Shown here piece by piece: positions 49,310 to 59,912 of a stretch of 64,000 nt of DNA. This stretch comes from Nemertoderma westbladi (lineage: Eukaryota > Animalia > Xenacoelomorpha), in contig JAUCBJ010006969.1 of the NCBI GenBank assembly GCA_032718475.1, positions 18,262 through 82,261 of the forward strand, read 5' to 3'. Position 1 is the first letter of the stretch, and each line of letters opens with the position of its first letter. Under the pieces are notes generated by a model. The model did not search any database. It worked only from the letters and a program-made list of their open reading frames with translations, and had not been told where the DNA came from. The translations under genes were made by a program, and so were the position numbers.

Positions 49310-50493
49310 CTAGACCCTTGTACTTCTAATCCTCATTAAGAGAGTCGCGATCTCGGCTTCTTTAACTACCTCGGCAACGGCTTCCATTAAATTAGCTGCA
49401 TTCACCGCCAACATATCGCTTGGATCTCCTGGTTAAGAAATTAAGTTGGTTATTGTTGTTTATTGTTATTTAGCTTTGAGCTACTGTAGGGCCAAGTATT
49501 TATTAGCTACACAAATTAATACCGTAAAAGAATATTCCCATAATTTACTGTTAACATATACTGTAGTCTCCGATGCCTTAAGTGTTATATCTGTTCCTTT
49601 AAACTAACCTGCGTTTATAAGGGCCGATTTAACTCTTGCTACAATAGAGAACTGAGTTGATATCGTTTGAAGTCTCTGAGTTGCTGACAGAATAGATTGC
49701 TGTAAGGGATAAATTCATTATAGACTACATCGGAACATTGTAGTGGGGTATTGATTGTATTTGTAAAATTCCACCATGGGATTATATTATAGTTTATGTA
49801 AAACACATAAAATCAAATTGGTTCTCACCTTTGCACTTGGATTGGAACACATTGTCGTAACTTGTTTCGCATAGAGAACAATATCATTAGCCGCCGTGTA
49901 GATATTCCGTATTAAAATCAACAAGTTTGAAGTATCAACTGGGAAATAATATGGGAAACAGTAAAAAATTGCAACAAATATTTGACCTATGAATAATGTT
50001 GGTGGAACCGCTAAACTAGGTTACGTAGATACTTGTTATAGTCGATATGACTAACAGGCCAACGTACGTTCTAAAGTTGTTACTATAATTGAATCTAAAT
50101 AAATCTTTCTTACCAGGTCGTCGAAGAATCGCATCTTCTAAAAGACTATTTAATATAGATATTCTCTAAAAAACAGTATAACCAGTTATAACCTTGGGAT
50201 TTATTACTGTCAAACAGCAGTATCCTCTCGTGGAGGGTTAATTAACTTATTAGTTTATTTCTAAATAAATGTATCAAATTTGCTTTTAAACGTGGTGAGT
50301 TATAGTTGGCATGTGTTGTTTAATTGAGTAATTAGATATATTTAATAGATAGACTAATGCGATAAAGCGGTAAATACAGTAGTGTATCAATTTTACAGAC
50401 GGCCGTTTCTCCTCCTCACTAACTTCTTTGGCGCTAATAAATATTGTTAAAAACGGAACGCTCATGTTCAATATTACTATACTTGTATTCCAT
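49310..50493 (-). CDS. 3' exons of a vinculin/alpha-catenin-family (tail-domain) gene, missed by the ORF track
   Basis: GT-AG exons 50165-50114, 49938-49829, 49699-49609 and 49428-49310 splice in frame to RISILNSLL...IRNIYTAANDIVLYAKQVTTMCSN...RLQTISTQFSIVARVKS...MLAVNAANLMEAVAEVVKEAEIA*. This parallels the vinculin tail ([39 protein letters not shown]). Exon ~50493-50397 is tentative. Confidence 0.8.
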
Positions 50494-50529
50494 CTGGAAT
50501 TGAACGCATATATTGAACATTTCATTTTG

Positions 50530-51215
50530 TTAAAATTTCAGAATGCAGGCTCACTTTGAACATTAATTTGCATTTCATTGGGTGCGGAACGCTCACTTTC
50601 AACATTACTTTGCATTTCATTGGGTGCGGAACGCTCATTTGGAACATTACTTTGTATTTCATTAGGAGCGGAACGCTCATTTGGAACATTACATTGTATT
50701 TCATTGGGTGCGGAACGCTCACTTTCAACATTACTTTGCATTTATTTCATTGGGTGCGGAACGCTCATTTGGAACATTACTTGTATTTCATTGGGTGCGG
50801 AACGCTCATTTGGAACATTACTTGTATTTCATTAGGAGCGGAACGCTCATTTGGAACATTACTTTGTATTTCATTAGGAGCGGAACGCTCATTTGGAACA
50901 TTACATTGTATTTCATTGGGTGCGGAACGCTCACTTTCAACATTACTTTGCATTTATTTCATTGGGTGCGGAACCCTCGTTTGGAACATTACTTGTATTT
51001 CATTGGGTGCGGAACGCTCACTTTGAACATTACTTGTATTTCATTGGGTGCGGAACGCTCATTTGGAACATTACTTTGCATTTTAGTGTCCCCGTGTATA
51101 ACTGGTTATCCGGCTTTACTACCACTATTATCGTCCCTTGGCAAAACCCGTTTTGCATTGTGTAGGTGTAGGAAATACCCCTGCGTGATTGGCTCCTATT
51201 TCGGTTGAGCTAGTT
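50530..51215. repeat. ~40-bp minisatellite (TTTCATTGGGTGCGGAACGCTCATTTGGAACATTACTTTGTA) plus a ~130-bp unique tail
   Basis: About 13 units read directly, then TGTCCCCGTGTATAACTGGTTATCC... Confidence 0.9.
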
Positions 51216-51889
51216 TCCCAACTAGACTCCAAACTAACGAATGCCGTGTATAAGAGTTAATTAATAATAGTTATGTTATACTCAGTAGAAGCGCAAATCG
51301 TCACATCTTGTTACCATCATGGTTGATTTGGTGTGTAGGCCTACTGATATAAAATAAATAACAATAATAATGTTTGAATTTATAATAACAATTGCATGAA
51401 ATATATTTCCAATAAAAATATTTTATGTTATCGCAATACTTTTAATTTTTCAACGTATTATTATATATATTTTTAGACGCTTTTAATTCTGCGAATGGCC
51501 TTTTGTTATTGAGCTTCGGATGACTGACCACGCATGCTATTATATAAATTCATCTCGTCTATGGCCAGCAGGTTGCTCATCGTTACACTGTAAGTAGGTT
51601 TCTTCCTTGTAACAGCCATCATTAATTTGGCAAAGTTTTCATTAATTTGGCAAGGGGGGGGGGGGGGGGGCTAATTAATTACCTTGTCTAGACCGTAATA
51701 AATTAATCTTACAGTAGAGTTTAGTACTTTGTCCTTAATGTCTTTGAAAGTACAAATTATGCAGTGCATGATCCTAAAGTTTGAAATACAAACCTAACAA
51801 ATCGAAAATTCGCCAGATTTGGAGTAAATTAAACGTTTTATTACAGAACACTTATAATCTCGTTGATCTCGATTGCTGCAAAGCTATTC

Positions 51890-52200
51890 AATATAATTAT
51901 ATTGATCCCATAGAGGGAACGCAACGTGGAAATCAGAATGGGCTCCGTAAAGGTCGTGGTACCATGGAGCCCATTCTCGACTCTAAGAAGGGTAATTTAA
52001 AAATTATCAAAAAAGAAAGACAGACAACTGGCTGTTTTCTTTGTTGACTTTTCTTGGTTTATGGCTTTCGATTCAGTCTTCGCATTATAAAGTATGGGAT
52101 TCTTAAGGAAATGATTGCAGCAATCGGATCACTATGCGGTGGTTCAACGACATCCACCGCTAATGGTGACACAATCCATTCGGAGATTTTTGAAAAGTCT
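51890..52200 (+). pseudogene. Degenerate non-LTR (LINE) reverse-transcriptase fragment
   Basis: NQNGLRKGRGTMEPIL and YGILKEMIAAIGSL...S motifs lie in broken frames. Confidence 0.6.
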
Positions 52201-52559
52201 TCCACGGTGACAATGGAGGTGATCAATGGAGGTGTCTCATTATTCCCCCTAAGCTTTTCACTTTTCACTTGTACAGAGCCGCCTCCGCCTTGCAGGACAT
52301 TACTTTCGCCGTGAGGACAAGCCATGACATCCCATGACTTTCTTGAGACGCCTCTTAAAGGACACTGGCCTTGAAGATGCGGATAATCATGGAGATAGGG
52401 GGTTTTTGCGATAAACTGGTATAAATAAGCATGAACGCATAAATGGTATATTGTCGATAAATTGTTGTTAATGCGGCTTGCGTGGCAATTATAGATAGAA
52501 CGCTGAGCTATATTATGAGTAACCACGAATATATTTATTTGTATGTATAATTAATGTAT

Positions 52560-53150
52560 ACGGAACACTAATATTGGACATTATTTTGTTTTCATTTAGT
52601 GTGTGGAACGCTCCTGTTGAACATTACTTTGTATTTCATTTAGAATGGAACGCTCAATCGAATATTAGGCCATAGATAGAGGCCTACTATGTATTTCATT
52701 TGGTGAGTAACGCTAATATTTAACAATACTTTGTATTTCTTTTACAACGGAACACTCATCATAATTAATATTCGTTTGTATTTAATTTAGTGCGTAACGC
52801 TAATTTTGAATATTACTTTGTATTTCATTTGAATGGAATGCTCAATCGAATATTAGGCCATAGATAGAGGCCTACTATGTATTTCATTTGGTGAGTAACG
52901 CTAATATTTAACAATACTTTGTATTTCTTTTACAACGGAACACTCATCATAATTAATATTCGTTTGTATTTAATTTAGTGAGTAACGCTAATTTTGAATA
53001 TTACTTTGTATTTTGATGTCCCCGGGTATAACTGGTTATCCGCCTTTACTGCCACTATCCTCGTCCCTTGGCAACACCCGTTTTGCATTGTGTAGGTGTA
53101 GGAAACACCTCGCTGTGAAAGTCTCCTCCTATTGGTTAAGCTAGACTCCC
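52560..53150. repeat. Diverged second copy of the 40-bp minisatellite plus tail
   Basis: Degenerate units with an internal ~180-bp duplication. The tail at 53015-53150 matches 51085-51215. Confidence 0.8.
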
Positions 53151-54730
53151 CCTGGATTGTTACTGTTTTATCACTCGGAAGATTTCTTAAAGGTGAGTTA
53201 ACAGTTCCGCACCTCGGCGATGGGGGCGTTACATTCAACTTGTAACTTATGTAACTATTTCGACGGTTGGAGTTGTTAGTCTTTCGATTAATTCCACTTC
53301 CAATACACATAACTTATTATCCACCAGAAATACCATGAACGCATTTAAACTTCTAATAGTTTTGCAGTATAAATAAATCAGTATCACTCACATACTGTAC
53401 AAATGCAATGGCATAAATTAACAAACATTGTTTTTTTAAATAGTGTGGAAATGGAACGTTATGAAGCAGGAACACCTTGAGTGATATTTAATTAAATTCA
53501 AAGCAAACAACATAACAATAATTTTAATAATATATAAGTAATAACCACTAATAGAAATACAGTAGAAAACTGAAATTTATAATTATCTTCCTGCTAACCA
53601 ACAAACGCGGCAGTTAGGATATCTATTGGCCATTTCCCAATTAGTCTAAATACGGAGAATACCAGCTGGCACTGCAAACGTCGCCTGGCAACCTTCCAAA
53701 TAATAACAACAAAATTGATTATACACAGTCAGAATTCTTGGTTTCAAGTTTGACTATATTTTTGCAATGCAGCAGGGTGTATGTATATAGTAGTACACAG
53801 TAGTAATACTACTGTAGTAGGGCCTACCGTACTGTAGTATTACACAATGGTCAACGAACTGTAAGAGCTTTCCTGAAGAGCAACAATAATCCTTTTAGGG
53901 GTGGGCGGGTGGATATGCAGCTCTAGTAAATGCTTTCCATTACTCTGTGAACCCGCTGTGCTGGATTCAATGGTGGATTGACTGCTGACTAATTACCTAA
54001 AATAATGTATGTGGGCAATGCATGCAGTAATGCTATTTTTTAAGCCTACTGGAAATTGGAATTGCGTAGTCACTATTACGTGTACCCGTACCGTGTATTG
54101 GAAACTAATTATTTAGAGTTGAAATTCAGTTATATATTTGTGGTTATGGATTTCACCCGGTACTGTATTCCTTTAGTAGTGAACTTTTCTGTTGGGGGCT
54201 ACCGGTAGGCCTACTCCTACTATAGGCCCATATAGTAGTTCTATCATACAAGCTACCATTTGACATATGTTTGTAATTATGAGGTTGTTGTGCGTCACTT
54301 TAACAATATCACATTTGAGTTAGGCCTATCTAAATGTACATGACATCCGTGTAACCAACTAACGTTACTTATTTCTCGTTTACTAACCCGTTTAGCGTAC
54401 GGCACTTAATTTATTAGGCCCTAGATACTTTCTACAGTACGAATTTCACCGGCCACGGAAATCCCAATGTATACCAACTTTTATCCCGTAGTTTACTTGT
54501 ATTGTACCAATTCTGTTTGTAATTTATACGCACCTCTATTCTATTCTCTATGCTATATATATCCATGGCTTATGCTACTATACTATTCTACATACTAAAC
54601 CATCTCTTCTGTTGTTATTGATCTTGTCGGTAGATTTAAAATTAAATGTAATACTGAGATATATACGACAATATATTGGGGAGTTACTGTGAACTTACTT
54701 AATTATACTATATTTAAAATGTAATTAATT

Positions 54731-56371
54731 ATGATAGAGAGCAATGAATCTGAGTTGGTTACATTGCGAAACGACCAATCAAACCCTACCGACGAAGCAG
54801 TGGTCGATGTATCCATGTCAACCGTTAACAACACATGCTGCAACGGGTGTCAGAGATCTTTGAACCCGCTGCCTAGCAACCCTTCTATCCCAGAGGTCAT
54901 CCTAGACCGTCTCCGCTGTCCCCCGGCTCTCTGTATAACCAACCCGTTGCTATGGATACTATCTGCGGTACTGCTGTGGACGGTGGCGTGGTCCGTTGCC
55001 GGGGATACCGCGTGGCCACCCGGCAACCTGTTCGCCCTTCTCCTTCTCGAGTTTGGCGGACTATTCTCGGGTTCCGTCGCGACTCGTCTCTCCATCCCAC
55101 CGCTCCTCGGGATGCTTCTCTTCGGGATCGCGTTCAGGAACGCCCCTCCGTACCTCGGCTCCGACATCCGTTCCGACTGGTCCGGAACCCTCCGACAACT
55201 CGCCTTCGTCGTCATCCTCTGTCGTGCCGGAGTCGGACTCGACGCCTCGGCGATCCGCCGACTCAGCGCCGTTGTGTTCCGTCTCACCAGTCTACCGTGT
55301 CTCGTCGAAGCCGCAACCGCGACCCTCATCGCTCCGCTCGTCCTCGGCTTCCCATGGCAGTGGGGCGCGCTGTTGGGGTTCGTTCTGGGCGCCGTGACTC
55401 CCGCCGTTCTGGTTCCGTTGATGCTGAACCTGCAGCACCGTGGGTTCGGGGTCTCCAAGGGAATCCCCTCCTTGGTGATCGCCGCTTCCAGTTGCGACGA
55501 CGTCCTCGCTATCAGCGGGTTCAGCGTCGTGTTCTCCGCGAGTTTCCCAGACAGCGGGAATCTTGTATGGAATATATTCAAGGGACCGGTTGAGCTGCTG
55601 GGTGGCGTTGTCTACGGCTGCGTTGTTGGATTAATTCTATGGTACGTTCCGGATCCTTCTCGTTCCCATAGCAACGCTATCCGCGCGGTTCTGCTATTGG
55701 CCGCTGGAGGAGCTTCTCTCCTTGGTAGTTCGGCCATCGGCGCCCCAGGTGCGGGGGCAATGGGTTGCATAGCAACGGCTTTCGTTGCGGCTGTACGCTG
55801 GTCGACGGAAACCAACGGACCGACAGAAAAACGGACAGATCAACCGACAAATGGTCAGACAGATGAAAATACCGACACGCCGCGCAACGGACAGACAAAC
55901 ATTCCAACTAAATCCATAGAACTTATTGACTCATATCTCGGGTACATCTGGTACTTTGCGCAACCTCTACTCTTCGCTGTGATTGGCTGCGAGGTCAACC
56001 TATCAGCGCTGAGCCCGTGGGTTGTCGGTTCCGGGCTGTTGGTTCTACTTGTCTGTCTGTTCGTTCGGACGCTAGTCACCTACGCCGCTGTCTGTTTTGC
56101 CTCGTTCACATGGAAGGAGAAATTATTTATTTGCGTGGCCTGGTGGCCGAAAGCCACAGTGCAGGCGGCAATAGGGGGGCTAGCCTTAGATTATGTTAGA
56201 AAACGGGATTTAGGTAGTGATTTGGAAACAATCGCCGTGCAGTTACTTAATCTGGCAGTGCTGAGCATTCTGCTTACTGCTCCGTCAGGGGCACTGCTCA
56301 CAATGTTACTGGGACCCCGGTTACTACATAACGATAGAACTAGAAGCTATAGTGAATCTCATCCTGTCTAG
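54731..56371 (+). CDS. SLC9B2: SLC9B / NHA-type Na+/H+ antiporter, intronless
   Basis: IPPLLGMLL.G...RN, IL.RAG.GLD, GFVLGAVTPAV.VP, GIPSLVIAASSCDDVLAI (DD motif), PKATVQAAIG, AVLSILLTAP.GA; many TM helices. Confidence 0.93.
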   Translation: MIESNESELVTLRNDQSNPTDEAVVDVSMSTVNNTCCNGCQRSLNPLPSNPSIPEVILDRLRCPPALCITNPLLWILSAVLLWTVAWSVAGDTAWPPGNLFALLLLEFGGLFSGSVATRLSIPPLLGMLLFGIAFRNAPPYLGSDIRSDWSGTLRQLAFVVILCRAGVGLDASAIRRLSAVVFRLTSLPCLVEAATATLIAPLVLGFPWQWGALLGFVLGAVTPAVLVPLMLNLQHRGFGVSKGIPSLVIAASSCDDVLAISGFSVVFSASFPDSGNLVWNIFKGPVELLGGVVYGCVVGLILWYVPDPSRSHSNAIRAVLLLAAGGASLLGSSAIGAPGAGAMGCIATAFVAAVRWSTETNGPTEKRTDQPTNGQTDENTDTPRNGQTNIPTKSIELIDSYLGYIWYFAQPLLFAVIGCEVNLSALSPWVVGSGLLVLLVCLFVRTLVTYAAVCFASFTWKEKLFICVAWWPKATVQAAIGGLALDYVRKRDLGSDLETIAVQLLNLAVLSILLTAPSGALLTMLLGPRLLHNDRTRSYSESHPV

Positions 56372-56784
56372 ACACCCTCACACAATCCTATAACCGTAAA
56401 TTTCGTAGATAATATTTTTAGAATTATTTTATACAATTTTTTTATTTTTGAAAGTCAGTTAATTAATATTAATAGTTGTATTTTAGTTTGTTTAATTAAT
56501 TTATATTTCGGGTAATTATAATTATTGTAATTATTTGTTCTAGAATACCTTACACAATTCTGTACTCCTGAATTATATACTCCACTTATTGCGTTCAAAG
56601 TTACATGTTACATCGTTACACAAAGTTACAGGTATTTAATTTCACGTTCCATAATGTTAATAATATGCTAATTTTTCGAATATCGCACATATCGCAGCGT
56701 TCCCAACTTCATAATTGATAAATAGTCGCGTTTACAATTTTTCAATAAATGCAAGTGGTAAAAGCCATTTGGTGGTTATACGTA

Positions 56785-56880
56785 TACATACATACATACA
56801 TACATACATACATACATACATACATACATACATACATACATACATACATACATACATACATACATACATACATACATACA
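56785..56880. repeat. (TACA)n microsatellite
   Basis: About 24 perfect units. Confidence 0.97.
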
Positions 56881-57051
56881 CATAAATATGACACAAATAC
56901 GGACGCGTTATTATTGAAAACAAATAATGAAATAAATAAGGACTAAGGTTTAGACGATGTTTCATCGTCTAAGCTGTTATCCAGGGAAGTTTAGGTGTTT
57001 CAGAGTACACGGCGCGGCGCTGATATGTCGTCATTCTGATTGGTTCGCACC

Positions 57052-58163
57052 GGATGTAGGACAATTCGGTCCCGGACAATTCGGTCCCGGACAATTCGGT
57101 CCGGACAATTTGGTCCCGGACAATTCGGTCCCGGACAATTCGGTCCCAAAACACTAAATAAATGGGACCGAATTGTCCGGGACCGAATTGTCCTAGGACC
57201 GAATTGTCCTAGGACCGAATTGTCCGGGACCGAATTGTCCGGGACCGAATTGTCCGGGTCCGAATTGTCCGGTTCCTGATAGCAACTTTTTAGTGCTTTT
57301 TTGATATTGGTGAATGTTCTAGAACATTAGTAGAGATATTTGTTATGGTAGCTAGTGTTATTTACTTGCTAGAATTTTTTGAAATTTAAAAAATACTGTA
57401 TTTTTTTTATTTTTGTTATTGGTAAGTGTTCGAGAACAGTTCGAGAAGGTGTAGCTAGTGTTTTTTTTACTAGCTAGCATTTCCTTGAAATTATAAAAAC
57501 ACTTGTGAAAACATTGATATTTCAGAATTAGGCCTAAACTGTTGCTGATTATATTAATTACCAACAATATTGATGATATTATAACAGTCCCTGAATGAGA
57601 TCCAGCTATATCTAGGATAATAATTTAGGCTTGTTAACCAACCAACAACACATACAGTATACTTACGCAGTATATAAAAAAAATCAGTTTTAAACATTTT
57701 AAATACATACTATTACTAGACTAGCTAGTAAATAATGCACAAGCTCCATAAAACACCATAGCTACCATAACTAATAATGTTAACAAATAAAAAAGTAAAT
57801 TTTTTTTATTTAAAAAAAAATACTAGCTAGTAAAAAAAACACTAGCTAACCATATAATAATATATATTAAGGTTCTAGAACATTCACCATTATATAGTAC
57901 CAATTAAATTTGGTCCCGGACAATTCGGTCCTGGACAATTCGGTCCCGGACAATTCGGTCCCGGACAATTCGGTCCCATTAATATGCATGTTTTGGGACC
58001 GAATTGTCCTAGTCAGTATCCGGACAATTCGGTCCCGGACAATTCGGTCCCGGACAATTCGGTCCCAAAACACAAAATTAATGGGACCGAATTGTCCGGG
58101 ACCGAATTGTCCGGGACCGAATTGTCCGGACCCAATTGTCCGGGACCGAATTGTCCTGCTTCC
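57052..58163. mobile_element. Non-autonomous Mutator-like (MULE/fold-back) element
   Basis: 9-bp TSD GTTCGCACC (57043-57051, 58164-58172); TIRs GGATGTAGGACAATT / AATTGTCCTGCTTCC; 15-bp GGACAATTCGGTCCC arrays in both orientations at each end. Confidence 0.9.
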
Positions 58164-59912
58164 GTTCGCACCAAGTACAAACCACTGGGAACATCGGGCA
58201 AGGAAAGAAGTCATTCTAGCGCGATCAATCCTTGCAGAAATGGATGCAAGTTATTATAGCGCTAGTAAATTCATTGGAATTGTAGCAAAAGAATTCGTTG
58301 ATTTAATCTCAATATATTCCAAAGATTCTAATTTTTGATATCAGATTATAAAAGTCTGAAATCATTGAGATTCAATATGTATTTGAATCAATTAATTTAA
58401 ATTTAAATATCTTTAATAAATAGGAAAAAAGCTCTAAAATAATTATTGAAATATAACTCTATTTACACTCTATCTATAATTCTAACTACACTTGAAATTT
58501 GAAGATGAACTAAGTGATGTAATTATATTCTACTACTACTACTAGGTCGAGCGAACTCGGACAATGGAAATGAGATCCTTCCAGGCTTCCCGATTCTCCA
58601 TAGTTGTCGCAATTTCGTTTCTCCTAAGTTCAGTATCCCTTTCAAGTTGTGTTCGCGCTTTTGAAGACCTTTAGCAGTTTAACCTGCCAAAATTTATATG
58701 TCTTTTAGTTAATTAAAACACCTTTAGCATACGACAATATTTTATGCTAATAAACAAAACATTACCCGAAGTCAGCCCATGCGCGATCATTCACCCGATG
58801 GATCTACACCCGGGAGGCTGAATTCGGCTGCTTAAATTTTATTATTGCAGTGTAAGGTTGCAGTGTAAACTTACTGTATTATTCGATTGATCGTTATTAA
58901 TTAATTTCTGACAGATATTATTGGCTTTCGGGAAATATTAACAGTTCCTTTAGGACGTGGCGCTCTATCTATTTAAACAGAACTAGGACTTATACTAAAC
59001 GCAACGATACTGCTTATGATTAAAGTATAAGGCGCATTCTTTAGGAAATGCTTTGTTACCAATCACAATCATGCACACTATTCTGCCGACCGTCAGTAAA
59101 TTTGATCACACATAAAGAGAGCAGCAATTGACTCATGTAGGGTCTGCTAAATAACATTAGATTTAATACACACCACATTAATATAAATCGCAATTGTTAT
59201 ATATAGCCTGTCTCTCTAACCTGTAGTGTATCAAGAAAATTGGGAAATTTGGGTGATTTATCCGTATTCTCCAAAGGGCAATATTTCATCAACAAATAGA
59301 TACAATTAATAACTGACGGTAAATAACAGTACAAACAATATGATTAGCTGATTAGTTGATTGAGTTAGATTGAGTTAGATAACAGTTTATACTTTCGATA
59401 ATTTAAGCAGTTTTACTAGAGTTCTTCCCAAAAAGCCGGTGTTATGGCGAAAATGGGAACACAACAACAGAATCATATAAAATCATATGACTACTTGACT
59501 ATACGAGGATACCAACTACCCTTATTCCCCGAAGCTCCCGTCCAACACAGAGGATGAGCAGTGAGATAGGAAATTCAGTTCAGTAGCTCTGGGATAGGTC
59601 GAAATCAACGCCCACTCAAATTCTATTGGCCGATACGGACAGCAGGGCTTAGGCAACCTCCCTAGGCTGGTTGGCCGATTAAACTGAGCCCAGATACCTC
59701 CGTACAGCACATCAGCCAATAAGCTGGTAGCTTGCACTATTTTACCTATAGCTCCCTTTTAGAGTATTCTAGCGACCGGGGGGGAACTGGCCAGCAAAGG
59801 CAAACGTATCAGTTATCCCACAAAAGCTTTTACACCGCTCCCAGAAAATGGGATTTAAGTCTATAAAATATACAAAATCACAGTTTCTAAAATATAAAAA
59901 TACTCTAAACAG

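Noticed and set aside
56965-56995. Resemblance of CCCTGGATAACAGC (minus strand) to the LSU/16S mitochondrial rRNA GGGATAACAG motif, or a hammerhead core
   Set aside because: The match is short with no flanking rRNA similarity, and there is no CTGANGA core.
50522-58259. Short ORFs in the 40-bp, TACA and 15-bp arrays
   Set aside because: Repeat-derived translations.
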